From Octopus vulgaris (Eukaryota): DNA of 64,000 bases. Made by a program: the position numbers and the translations under genes. Under the pieces are notes generated by a model that was not told the DNA's origin, ran no database searches, and saw nothing but the letters and a program-made list of their open reading frames with translations. Location of the stretch: assembly GCA_951406725.2 (NCBI GenBank), contig OX597818.1, positions 95,728,001-95,792,000 on the forward strand, given 5' to 3'. Positions 38,268-49,436 of this stretch are shown here, in pieces (position 1 is the stretch's first letter; each line of letters begins with the position of its first letter).

Positions 38268-38837
38268 GTAAGCTAATCTACTTTTAGTTTGTAATGTTTG
38301 TCTGGTGTTAGCTAGATAGGTATGCAAATTTATCATTTCATCATTTGCCATCTAACTTACTTTTGACTGATTACTAAGTTAGCCTTTCTAATTTATTTAG
38401 ATTGGTTATTGTCATCTTGTTACATATGCTTATACCAAAACCTATCTTTTGTCTGGCTACCATCCCATGTTCATTCCATTCACTTTTAGCTGAAAGCCAT
38501 TACAAAGATCCACTATACCTCATGTCACCTAATACATGGACCACTACAAAGGTTCACTATCTGTGCATCAATACAATAAAGTACAGATTGATCTGTACTT
38601 TATTACAGATGAACCACCATTTAATGCAACCAGTCAAAGTATATTGATTGGAGTATAATGAGAGAGACCTGGGCTTTCATTGTTAGCTTAATCAAACTGA
38701 TTAAGTGTATTTATGCCTATATGTCTTCTGCAAGAATTTTTCTTTGTGACAAATTACAGTAAGTAGCCTTCTTACAGGTCCAAATATACTCAAGCATATT
38801 TGAACTGGTAACAAGTTTATATCAATACAATAATGAA

Positions 38838-39114
38838 TGTATCATACAGATAAGAAAGTAATATTTTGAATGTAGTATAGTTGTGAAAACAGCAGAAAGG
38901 TTGGGTATTTTACATTTATATGACAGAAAAAGTTGTCAGCAGACAGCCGCAGGATTCAAACCCACACCTCTTAGATACCAGCTGAGTGCTCTACCATTAA
39001 GCTAAACTGCCTGTTGACAACTTTTTTAGTCATATAAGAGTAAAATATCCAATCTTTCTGCTGTTTCCACAGCTATACTGTATTTGAAATATTACTTTCT
39101 TGTCTTACGATACA
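38838..39114. repeat. Fold-back element with about 100-bp arms enclosing a tRNA-like core
   Basis: 38838-38940 is the reverse complement of about 39013-39114 with scattered mismatches; 15-bp direct repeat CAATAATGAATGTAT at 38828-38842 and 39168-39182. Confidence 0.9.
38941..39011 (-). pseudogene. tRNA-like cloverleaf, anticodon GGT (Thr), probably non-functional
   Basis: GGCAGTT-TA-GCTT-AATGGTA-GAGC-A-CTCAG-CTGGTAT-CTAAG-AGGT-GTGGG-TTTGAAT-CCTGC-GGCTGTC-T. All four stems form, with one C-A mismatch, several G-U pairs and TTC changed to TTT in the T-loop. Confidence 0.75.
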
Positions 39115-39289
39115 CATTTGACGCTTCCAAAAACAAACAAAAAGATGTTTGTTTACATATGTTGTTGCAATAATGAATGTATTGGTTTTTAAAGCTGGTT
39201 GTTCAGGTTTCTAGATGCCTTGTTTAAGAGTACAACACAATAGCTCTAAAAGTGTTGTAATTTGTTTGAAGCATTGCAGTATGTATAAA

Positions 39290-39745
39290 TAAGGTGTTTG
39301 AAAAAGAAAAAGACCTTTGATCTATGCAGGTGAGGAGTTAGGCAAAGTATATGTAAGGCTTTGTCAATCAATAACAACAAAGAAAATAGATATTATATTA
39401 TTTTACATAGGTTATTTAATGATTGTATGATATTTCAGAAAAAAGTTCCCCACTTCAAATATAAGAAAATATAATTAAAGAGTATGGAGAAATGTATTGT
39501 TACCAAGTCATTCTTGTATGTTGTTGAATGGCTTACTAGAAAGAGCACATGTCTCCATTCTCTGATTATTTATTTTCTTCTGTTTGAAAAAGGGATGTTT
39601 TTTCTAAACTATTTCATAAGATCAGTAGACAACCTGTGTAAGGTAATATAAAATCTCTTCTCTTTGTTTTCATTTATTGACATGACCTTATATATTTTGT
39701 CTAACTCCTCACCTGCATTGCTCAAAGGTTTTTTCCAACATTTAT
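39290..39745. repeat. Old, diverged palindromic element
   Basis: ATGCAGGTGAGGAGTTAG (about 39324) pairs with CTAACTCCTCACCTGCAT (about 39701); complementarity continues inward to a centre near 39515. Confidence 0.8.
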
Positions 39746-39922
39746 CTCATTTACAAAAGCTGGTGGTGGTAAAGTTTGAGCATGCAATCATATGGTCTGT
39801 AGTCCAGCACTTTTACCTCATAGCCATTCTCTGACAAAAGTTTACTTGGAATGCTTGTGATTTCCAATAAATTTCCACAACAAAGTTTTGATTTTATTTT
39901 AATTTCTAATTTTTTGAAATAG

Positions 39923-40165
39923 TCTCGAATAAACCTGAAGATTGAAGCTGAGCGAAAAGAAACCAGACAGGATATCGACATGTTGAAGACACAGTTGAAA
40001 GAAGAACATACTCGCTCCTTGAATACGGCCAATGAGATGGAGAAAATCATTAAATCTTTATCATCAGTCACCATGATGCAAAATGACATTAAAGCACAGT
40101 TAGAGGAGATGTCATTAAAAGTGAGCGATCTGCAGAATGACATCAGTACCTTGAAGATATCACAG
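39923..40165 (+). CDS. PAN/coiled-coil protein, 243-nt exon
   Basis: AATAG| acceptor, CAG|GTAAAA donor, phase 0-0; SRINLKIEAERKE...DISTLKISQ. Confidence 0.88.
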
Positions 40166-40397
40166 GTAAAATAATCATGGTAGTGTATCTGTGTGATGAT
40201 AACAGGGTGGATATTAACCAAATAAGGACTGTATGTAGATGGTGACAGGATAGGTGCAGTGAGTAGTTGTTGGGTATATTTCCTATTTCTAGCAAATTGA
40301 GTAACCCTGTAGATGGGGTGGCTTTATAGGTTCCCCTACAATGCAGTGTATTACCATTGAAACATGAGATGTTTTCCTTTTTTCTTTCTCTCCCCAG

Positions 40398-40637
40398 GGG
40401 CCGATTTCGAAAATCAAAGAAATAGAAAACAAACAAGAACTTCTGCAGACAATGTTAAACAGTGCTATGAAACAAATCGAAGAGAACAAGAACAACCAGT
40501 TATTGTTCAGTGCATCACAGACTCCAAACCTTCAGAGAGATGTTGTTGATAAACTGGCTATGCGTATCAACGAATTAGAGACAAGCTTTGGGGAAATGAA
40601 GAATAATCAGAAAAATATGAAACTGGGACTTCATTTG
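40398..40637 (+). CDS. PAN/coiled-coil protein, 240-nt exon
   Basis: Strong CTCTCCCCAG| acceptor, TTG|GTTAGT donor, phase 0-0; GPISKIKEIENKQE...NMKLGLHL. Confidence 0.88.
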
Positions 40638-42830
40638 GTTAGTGACATATTTACATCTCTTCCTACTGACTCTCTTTACTGTTTTTACAAATGAATACGT
40701 TTGCCTTTCTCTAAACAACCTTGTTTTATTGTCATCTGTTGATACTCTCTGTTTTTCAGTGTATGTATGTGTGTGTGTGTGTGTGGGTGTCTTGGTGACC
40801 TTGGGTAGAGACATAAGCAGACCACATTGACCGTCATGAGCAGGGTTCAATCTCACCCAGGACCTGCATTAAGGGGTCTTACTAAAATTTTAGGCTGTGT
40901 GGTAAGTAGCTTGCTTACCAACCACATGGTTTTGGGTTCAATCCCACTGCATGGCACCTTGAGTGTCTTCTACTATAGCCTCGGGCCGACCAAAGCCTTG
41001 CGAGTAGATTTGGTAGATGGAAACTGAAAGAAGTCTATTGTATATATGTATATGTGTGTATGTGCTACATATTTTGGTCTTCTGTCATCTTCATAAGGCT
41101 CAGCATTTTGAGATCAGCTTTCAATATTTCATCCTCCTCATCCATATGCATCACATGACTAAGCCAGCAGTCTCCTCTCTTGCACACTGCATATAATTCC
41201 TCTTATGCCCACAACACACCAGTGCTCTATCATACATGCATATCTCATGGAACATACCAGCTTCGTTCCTCTCCAGCTTTCACATGTCCTAAGCATTCAG
41301 ATATAAATTTTTTCTTATAATGTACCTGAAGAGGTATTCTTAGTTTGCTTCAGATACCAAGCACTGGAGGGGATCAACTGAACCCTGTAGATCCCTTCTT
41401 TATAAACATGTACTCTTGTGCAATTAGAAATAATTATTTTTGCTGTTGTATCTTACTTTAGTTGTTGCTTAATTGAATAAAAAAAACCCAATGTTAGTTT
41501 GCCTTCTATAGGTTTTTACCCCAGGTTCTATTTGAATTTAGTCAGAGAAACATCCATTTGGTATACATTATATCCAATGTTTGTCACAAAACTTTTCTTT
41601 TTTTTCAAGACTTTCTCATTGTTGACCTCCTGTGCATAATCTATGTACTTTTCATATAGTTATGGTGATTTTTTCTGATGAGTTGTAGTGTACCTGAGTC
41701 CTGCATACAATTAGTTCATTATTATTATTTTTTATCCTGATGATACTTATACACATGGATGAATTTAAGCTCAGTATCAGGATCCAATAAAACAATGTAT
41801 TTAGTGTCATATGAGGAGGAGGAGACCCTCCTCCGGTCATGAATGACCATGGGATTGCACCTAGAAAGTTACCCTCCGAAGCACAAGTCCGGGCAAGGTT
41901 GTTTGTGGAAGACCAGTTGTTGCCCATGCATACCAGCCTCTCCTCTCCACACCACTGATGTTATCCAAGGGAAAGGCAAAGGCCGATACAGCTTGGCACC
42001 AGTGATGTCGCAACTCATTTCTACAGCTGAGTTAACTGGAGTGACATATAAGATACTTTTTTTTTTCTGAAAAAAATCACCCTGGGTTCTGTAAACAAAG
42101 TTAGACTTCTATTACATACTTTAATGCACTAAAAACTTTTACTGAATATGTAGTTGAAATTGGAGTGTATTTAACCCTTTAGCATTTAAACCAAAATATT
42201 CCAGCTGTTTTATGTTCAAATTGGCCCTTCACATCAACTCTACAATATAATTCTAAAAAATAAGTTACCTCATCAAAATTTCAAAACTATAAGATAATGC
42301 ATGATTAATTGGAAGCAATGTGAATAAATATTACTTTTGACAAAATAACCTGAATTCTAAAGGGTTAATATGCCCCTGCCTCTTTTATGCTGTACCACCT
42401 CATTGTTCATCATCGTTTAACATCCGCTTTCCATGCTAGCATGGGTTGGATGATTTAACTGAGGACTGGCGAACCAGGCTCCAATCTTGATCTGGCAGAG
42501 TTTCTATAGCTGAATACCTTTCCTAACGCCAACCACTCCGAGAGAGCTTTTACATGCCACCGGCATGAGGGCCAGTCAGGCGGTACTGGCAACGGCCACA
42601 AAAAAAAATATCGTTTTTTTTTTTATACCTATGTAAGTAAAAACTTTGTGGTACCTATTTTGCATTAAGAACAAAGGATAGTTATTGAAAATGTTTGATC
42701 CCCTTTGCACTTAATGTCCAAATAGCTACCTTTTATTGTTGTCACATTTTTCTTTCTTGTTGTTACTGCTGTAATTGATATTGCTGTCCAGTGGACAGTT
42801 TACTCAGTCTACTTTTTCTATCTTTCACAG

Positions 42831-42892
42831 AAAACCAGAGTTATCCACAAACCACAAGCAAAGAAGGGAAAATATCAACACAAGAAAGTGGA
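42831..42892 (+). CDS. PAN/coiled-coil protein, penultimate exon (Lys-rich)
   Basis: TCTTTCACAG| acceptor, GA|GTAAGC donor, phase 0-2; KTRVIHKPQAKKGKYQHKKV. Confidence 0.78.
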
Positions 42893-43479
42893 GTAAGCAT
42901 TTTATTGGTTATCCAGTCCTGACAATAATTTTTCAGTGTGGATGATTGCACTTAATATAGCCAACATCAAAAACAGGTGGTAGAATTTCAAGCTAGTTTA
43001 CCTTAGTTCACAACCAAAAATTATATTTTGTGAGAAACTAGAGTAATCCCATATTTTAAGTCATTTAGAGATAAAAAAAGAAATACATCTAATTTGTCTA
43101 AATACTTCTTTGTCCCTAAGATTTATATTAAACAAATGTCAAAAGTTCTCTCCCTATACAATACTTTGGGCAAATGTCTTTAGCTATTGCCCTGAGCTGA
43201 CCAAAACCTTGAGAGGTTTGGTAGGTGTAAACTGAAAGAAGCCTGCCATGTTTGTGTACATATACATACATGAGTGTGTGCTTGTTTATTGTGTCTCTTT
43301 GTCTTAACATCATTCAATAGTTGTAAGCAAGTGTCACCTTCATTTCCAGTTGTGTATAATCATGTCCAACTATGAAGAGATATTACCTTGCTTGGAAACA
43401 AGTGAGGATTGGTAAACAGTAAGGGCATCCAGCTGCAGAAAATCTGTTAACTTTGGGTTTCATTGTTTGAAAACAATGG

Positions 43480-43900
43480 ACAAGACAGTGTGAAGATCTG
43501 GTTTGATTGTTTTGAAGTGACCTAATGTTCTTCCACATTTGGTGTGTATATAGAAACATGAAAAGCTTGGTGTAATTGGAGAGAGAGATAGTTTTGAAAA
43601 TTTGCCTATTGTGTAGAGTTGGATGCAAAGTGGGCTACAAAAATGAAATTGTATTAAGATATATGGCTTAGAAAGCCATGAAATTGAAAAATAAAGGGAA
43701 AGCAGATTCCACAGAATTAGTAAAGATTCTTTTAGCAAGGAATTAAAAGGACTGCTTGCAGTTTAGGAGGTAAGAGTCTGTGTAAGAATTGCAGCGGTGA
43801 GTAAAAGCTGTCTAATTAGTAGATTTGGTATTAAACAGGATAGTATTGTATGCTCACTAGCCAAATATGTATCTCACATCACGAGAAATTACTAGAAATA
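43480..43900 (-). mobile_element. Penelope-like endonuclease relic, highly decayed
   Basis: LHNRQIFKTISLSNYT resembles the H..SF...TSLS.Y segment also seen in 58383-58862. Confidence 0.4.
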
Positions 43901-45141
43901 CTGAATGATTACTTTGATCAGCTACAACTGTATCATAGCAAAGATGACCGGGGGGAACTATCCAATACAAAACTTAACACCAATCTGATTCTTGTTTTAT
44001 TTCATTCCAAACAATTTCACTGCTTTCAATTTATTTCCATACAGGATTAAACATACCTCTTGGCAAGCTCCTCAACCACGGTAAGTGAACAAACAATGAC
44101 TATTACATACAAATGCTTCTCTCTTTCACTCTGTTTACTAGCTTTATTCTAATAGTAGATAGTCAATGAGTCAACCGACTACTGTTAGATGATGGCTGAT
44201 AAACTGAGAGAGAGAAGTTTGTCTTAAGGAATATTATGTCAAACTCTGGCTGGGTAGCCATGTACCTCTTCTGCAGCAAGTCTGTCACACTCTAACCTTT
44301 CATCATTTGGCACAAGATTGCCTCCTCCAATGCCCCTTCCCCTCTCAAAGATTTCTTGTCTTGCAAGTTACTTGGTGACTCTGCCAGTGCTGGTACCATG
44401 TAAAAAGCATCCAGTCCACATAGTAAAGTGGTTAGCATCTGGAAGGGCATCTAGCTGTAAAAAACATGCTGAAACTGATCTCGCCTGTGCTGGTGCCACT
44501 CAGTGGTTGGTGTTAGAAAGGGCATCAGCCATAAAAACTATGTCAAAACAGACACAGAAGTCTGGTGCAGGCTCCTGCCTGGCCAGCCATCCAACCCATG
44601 CCAGTATGGAAGGAGGGCATTAAACGATGATGACAATAATGAAGCAATGGTTTTTCAAAAGTGACAGGAACAAAAGATTAAAGTAGGACATTAAAGAAAC
44701 TAAATAGAAGTAATCACACAAAAATCATCTACATTAGATTTTTGATGTTTCACACAAACATATACGAGATTTGTTTTACTGATGTTTTACATTTCCATGC
44801 CAGCCTGTTCTTCCTACTTCTGTTTGACTTATGATATTAAAAAGTGGTTGTGCCACCTAGGTGCAAACCAGATTATATTTTGTCCAAAGGTACAACAATG
44901 GTAGAATGGTTTGAACCAATGCCCATGTAATTGTTTAGCAACTAAATTTGACTGCTATCTTCAAATTTACCTGGGATTAATAAAATATACTAAATTCTTT
45001 GACTGATCCTATTTCCCCAGGACCAGGTAACTCTGAAGCCTTCTTCCTGCACAGGTTTACACACACAATTATGTAGTTATTCATTCATTTTACATTATTC
45101 AGTATTTAAAACATTTCACTTTTATCTATTTTTGTCAACAG

Positions 45142-45157
45142 GAATGAAGGTAATTAA
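45142..45157 (+). CDS. PAN/coiled-coil protein, putative last coding exon
   Basis: TTTTGTCAACAG| acceptor; phase 2 gives (E)NEGN then TAA. Confidence 0.6.
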
Positions 45158-46126
45158 AGAACATCACAGCCCTCAATGGATAAAAATGCTCAGATGAGGT
45201 TTGAAACAAGAATTTAAGACCATTTTCTGCCTCATTCTCACTTTAATTAATTGATTTGATTGATGATTTACCAATTAAAGATTAAAATATTTCTGTGCAA
45301 ATCATATTGAAATAACTTGGTTCAGTTTGTAGATGCCACCTCCTAACCTTGTTTCTTTAGCTTTTGCAAGAACATTTGTCTGCAGTAAGACCAGCTTGTC
45401 ATGTAAAATGAGTTGGTCACTAATCAACCAATGAGGCTTGACTTTTTTTCTGATGGACTGAAGATCAGACACTCCAGTCTGGGAGTAAACTCTTGCATCA
45501 AAAAATATCTTTGCAATTGGTTCCTGAAAAGAGTTCACAGTGGACAGTGATTGGTCAGGTCAATAACATATCAGACAAGCAGGTGAGACAGCTGTTTGTG
45601 TCCTCTTACTTACACCATACTGTGATCACATCTCTAACAGTAAGTAAAGCAGGGAATCATTCATTACTGTGTTAAACTACCTGTCTCCAGTATATCTATC
45701 TATTTAACTACTTGTCTGTCTACTTATCTCTTGCAAGATATCAGATACTTTGATGATGGGTTTATCTATATTAATAATCTTTCATACACAATTTATTATA
45801 TGTCAAAAAGTGAAGGTCCAAAGTAGTAATAACCCAATTCTCTTGTTACTCCATTTAAGATTGTCAAAATAAATACCAGTAATATACTGGAGTTTTTGCC
45901 ATATCTTTACCTGTGTCCCATTTCTATAAAACCTATAAAAAATAACAACAGAACAGCAGGGTTTAAAGAAATGGTAACAGATATTTTTACAACTAAATAG
46001 AGCTGAATGGAACAAACAACAGGAAAGTACATCTTAGGGAGTTGACTTCAAAAGACTGCACACTTTCTTAAAATTCATCTGATCTCCACTGCTGCCAGCA
46101 ATGGAACTAGTTCACAACAGTTCTTG

Positions 46127-46498
46127 CTAAACTTTCTCACCAGTTTCTGTTTCTGATTTTTCACTAGACTGATTACAATCATTCTGTATTTCAGTACAGT
46201 TAGATCTATTAATGTTTGACTTGTCCTTAGAATTAGCACTTAGTTCATTTTTAGAGTCAGATTTAGCAAGAGTGCTGGCATGAATGATATCAGTGTCAGG
46301 TGTGCTCTCTGTTAGAGCTGTAGCATTTGGTTGTTCTTCTGTGGTTTCACATTGATTTGCAGCCAGACGTTGCAGTGCTTTGGCTGTCTCCTGTAGATTG
46401 TACTTGCGGAACTTGTAGAAATCTTTCACAACACTTAGGCAGCAAAATCCTTTCAGGAACTCTACAATGACAATAAAGTCTGGTGCACTGTAGTTAAC
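46127..46498 (-). CDS. THUMPD1: THUMP domain-containing protein 1, coding exon 3
   Basis: TTTTTACAG| acceptor, phase 0; VNYSAPDFIVIVEFLKGFCCLSVVKDFYKFRKYNLQE is the conserved THUMPD1/Tan1 C-terminal motif; acidic tail and TAG. Confidence 0.93.
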   Translation of the reverse strand, partial: VNYSAPDFIVIVEFLKGFCCLSVVKDFYKFRKYNLQETAKALQRLAANQCETTEEQPNATALTESTPDTDIIHASTLAKSDSKNELSANSKDKSNINRSNCTEIQNDCNQSSEKSETETGEKV

Positions 46499-47419
46499 CT
46501 GTAAAAAACAAGTAAGACATTTCATAAGATCATCAACAGTAGGCTGTTATTTTTTTTTTTTATGTACAAGTGGTTGATCAATGATCTTTTGGTCTGAAAC
46601 TACAGTTATTCCCCAAAACACCTAATTGAGTTAGTCTGACTTGGTAAGAGGTTCTTGTGTTATGAAAGATTTACAAAACATAAAGTTTTGAGATGTGAAT
46701 ATAAACTTATTTAACCATATGACTTCTAGAGAATTATGGCTGCTTCACATTATTCTTCATGTAGTATTAATTTCAATATACAAGAAATTATACATGTGTT
46801 AGGCGCATGATTCTCAGAATCCATATTATCATCATCATTTAACATCCATTATCTATGCTACTGGCAAAGCGTCACACCAAGTTACATAGTCTGTTTTGGC
46901 ATGGTTTCTACAACTGGATGCCCTTCCTAATACCAGCCACTTTAGAGAGTGTACTGGGTGTTTTTTACATGGTACCATTACTATATATATATATTTGTGT
47001 TAGTGTTTCCTTATCTTAACACCTCGTGATAGTTGTAAATGAGAGTGAACATTATAAAATTGATGCCATTCATTTACAATCGTCCATGAAAAACAGGCCT
47101 TGCCATGAGGGAAATATTACCTTACTTAGAAATAATGAAGGGCATCTGACCATAGAAAACCTGCCTGACTCATGAAATAGTGGACATTAAGATGATGAGT
47201 GATGTGACCTACTTTAAAACTGAAGAAAGCAAAGGAATGTGGAAGATAACAATGGCTGCTGTAATGTTTAAATTTTAGTTCTGCAAATCTTAATCAGCAG
47301 CATGGCATCTGGTATAAATCAACAATTATCAAGACTATAATTATCATCCTATAATAATTTTTTTTTTTACTGGTTTGGTCTACTGGAAGGGATTGCGCTA
47401 ATGGCTCTCATAGGTCTTC

Positions 47420-47960
47420 CAATGATGTAGCTAATGCTCTTTTTGGATAATTGCAAGAAAAACATAAGCAGGGAGAGAATTCCACAGGGTTGATGTTCTG
47501 GAGAGAAAGGACCTTGAGAGTTATACACAGTATAGAGGAAAGACAAGTAAGTTCACGTGAGTGTGATTCATGAAAGTGGTGAAAGAGCCACTACAAGTGA
47601 GGAGCAGGTGTTTCAGTAATAGAAGGGCAAAGACAGAGTGAGATGCCAGCATGTCTGCAAGCCAAAGGTTGATATCTGCCAATGAGTGATATCATATCAA
47701 TCAGTTAGATGGCCTTTTTATTGGATGTTTGCAGCTGTTCCAAGAAAAATGATAGCAGTGGTGTTGGTGCATGAAAAGGTAGTAAGGGATTGAGCAACAT
47801 GAGAACATGAGCAAGAAGAGGTATTCAAAAATAATGTTTTTTGTAGTAAAGAAATGGGTATTTCATTTGATGTTAATAGTACAAAGAATACACTACAGAT
47901 TCTGGAGGGAGAGCTTGATAAGTCAACTCCAGTAAGGTGAGGAAATATACAAAAATGATA
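47420..47960 (-). mobile_element. CR1/Jockey-like LINE 3' relic in a THUMPD1 intron
   Basis: Minus strand FLSRTSTLWNSLP; a related fragment at about 53330-53620 reads AVSPFCFFYQYFYYNGLCSLEL. Confidence 0.6.
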
Positions 47961-48707
47961 TAAAGTTAACATATGGAAACATCATTTCTAAAGTGCATCA
48001 TTACTAGATTTTAAAGGCATCCACAACAAAATTAAACTTAAAAACATCATCAATAAACTCAGTTTAAGATTATCACAGATATATCAGATGTTTTTAACAC
48101 TTAAGAACATCTGATTCATCTGTGATAGTCTTGAACTATAAACCTGGTTTTAAAGGTATGACAAATAGGTGCAGGCTTGGCTGTGTGGTAAGAAGTTTGC
48201 TTCCCAACCACATGGTTCTAGGTTCAATCCCACTGCATGGCATCTTGGACAAGTATCTTCTACAATAGCCTCAGGGCATTGAAAGCCTTGTGGGGATTTG
48301 GTAGAGAGAAAGAAGCCTGTTGTATATACGTATCTGTGTGTGTATTTGGTTCTTGACATTTTGTGATAGTTGTAAACGAGTGTCACTGTTGTAGAAGGAG
48401 TGCCATTCATTTCTAAATCTGGAAAAACATATATGGCCTTAGGAAAATATTACCTTGCTTGGAAGGTGAGGGTTGATGATAGGAGAGGCATCCAGCTGAA
48501 GAAAATCTGCATCAATAAACTGTCAAACCCACACAAGTATAGCAAAGTGAATATTAAAATGGTGATGGTAATGAAGAACAAACTAACAAACCAAATTTTC
48601 AAGGTAATAAGCAAACCAAGTTTTGAAACATGATAAACAGAATTTTAAACGTGTGTTCAAACTAAATTGTAAAACATTAACGCAACAGATTTATATACAT
48701 CACCAAC

Positions 48708-49184
48708 CTTATTCAAGGGATTCATCTCTTCAATAATCTGACAGATATTCCGAATTACATCATCACGGGACACTCTAGCTGACATACGAGCCTTAAATGA
48801 AATGCCATATGTTGTTGTTGTTCCAAAAGGTGTGGAGAAATATGAATCCAGGAGATCCGTGGCCACCTTTGTGATCTCTGCCAAATCGATACGACAAATG
48901 GTACTCACTGGAAGGACACGAAGACTATAGCGTGTCTTTTGGACTTGACTTTGGTAAATATCACCGAGAATGTGATGAATTAATTCACATGGCTTCTCTA
49001 GGGTAGTCTTGATGAATAGACAGTTCTTTGTGCCACTGTCCACCTGCTGGAACCGCCGTTCAGCAGGTTTTTCCTCTTTCAAGGCTTTCACTTCTCGTTC
49101 AAGTTCATCTTCAATCTCACCAGCTGATTCTTCTGAATCTTCTTTGTCATCATTAGATTCCAAATTCTTTGATGTCACCTCTGT
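48708..49184 (-). CDS. THUMPD1: THUMP domain-containing protein 1, coding exon 2
   Basis: ATTTAG| acceptor, AAG|GTTGGT donor, 477 nt phase 0-0; IEDELEREV..LK...RRFQQVDSGTKNCLFIKT...KTRYSLRVLPV. Confidence 0.95.
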
Positions 49185-49278
49185 CTAAATCAGATAAAAT
49201 ATCAGAAAAACAAAATAAAGTCATTTTAATTTCTTAAATATGGTGGGAAGGGGAGGAATGTCAGTCAACTAAACAGAC

Positions 49279-49436
49279 CAGTAGTTTCCAACCTGGGGTC
49301 TGTGGACTCCTGGTGGTCCATGAACAAAATTAAAAATTTCATACACACACACACACACACACATATACATAAGGATAAGCATATTAAAAGGGGTCAGTGG
49401 GAAAACTCAATTAAATAAAAGGGTTGGAAACCACTG
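49279..49436. mobile_element. hAT MITE
   Basis: TIR CAGTAGTTTCCAACC / GGTTGGAAACCACTG; 8-bp TSD AAACAGAC / GAACAGAC (one mismatch). Confidence 0.85.

Noticed and set aside
38941-39011. Functional tRNA-Thr(GGT) gene or bacterial contamination
   Set aside because: T-loop TTC to TTT change, anticodon-stem mismatch, and position inside a fold-back repeat in a spliceosomal intron.
39751-40221. Minus-strand ORFs 39751-40221, 27039-27344 and 37973-38251
   Set aside because: Antisense shadows of plus-strand coiled-coil exons.
41320-41420. CCTGAAGAGG...AAACATGTAC as another hammerhead
   Set aside because: GAAA is not intact and stem I cannot be formed.
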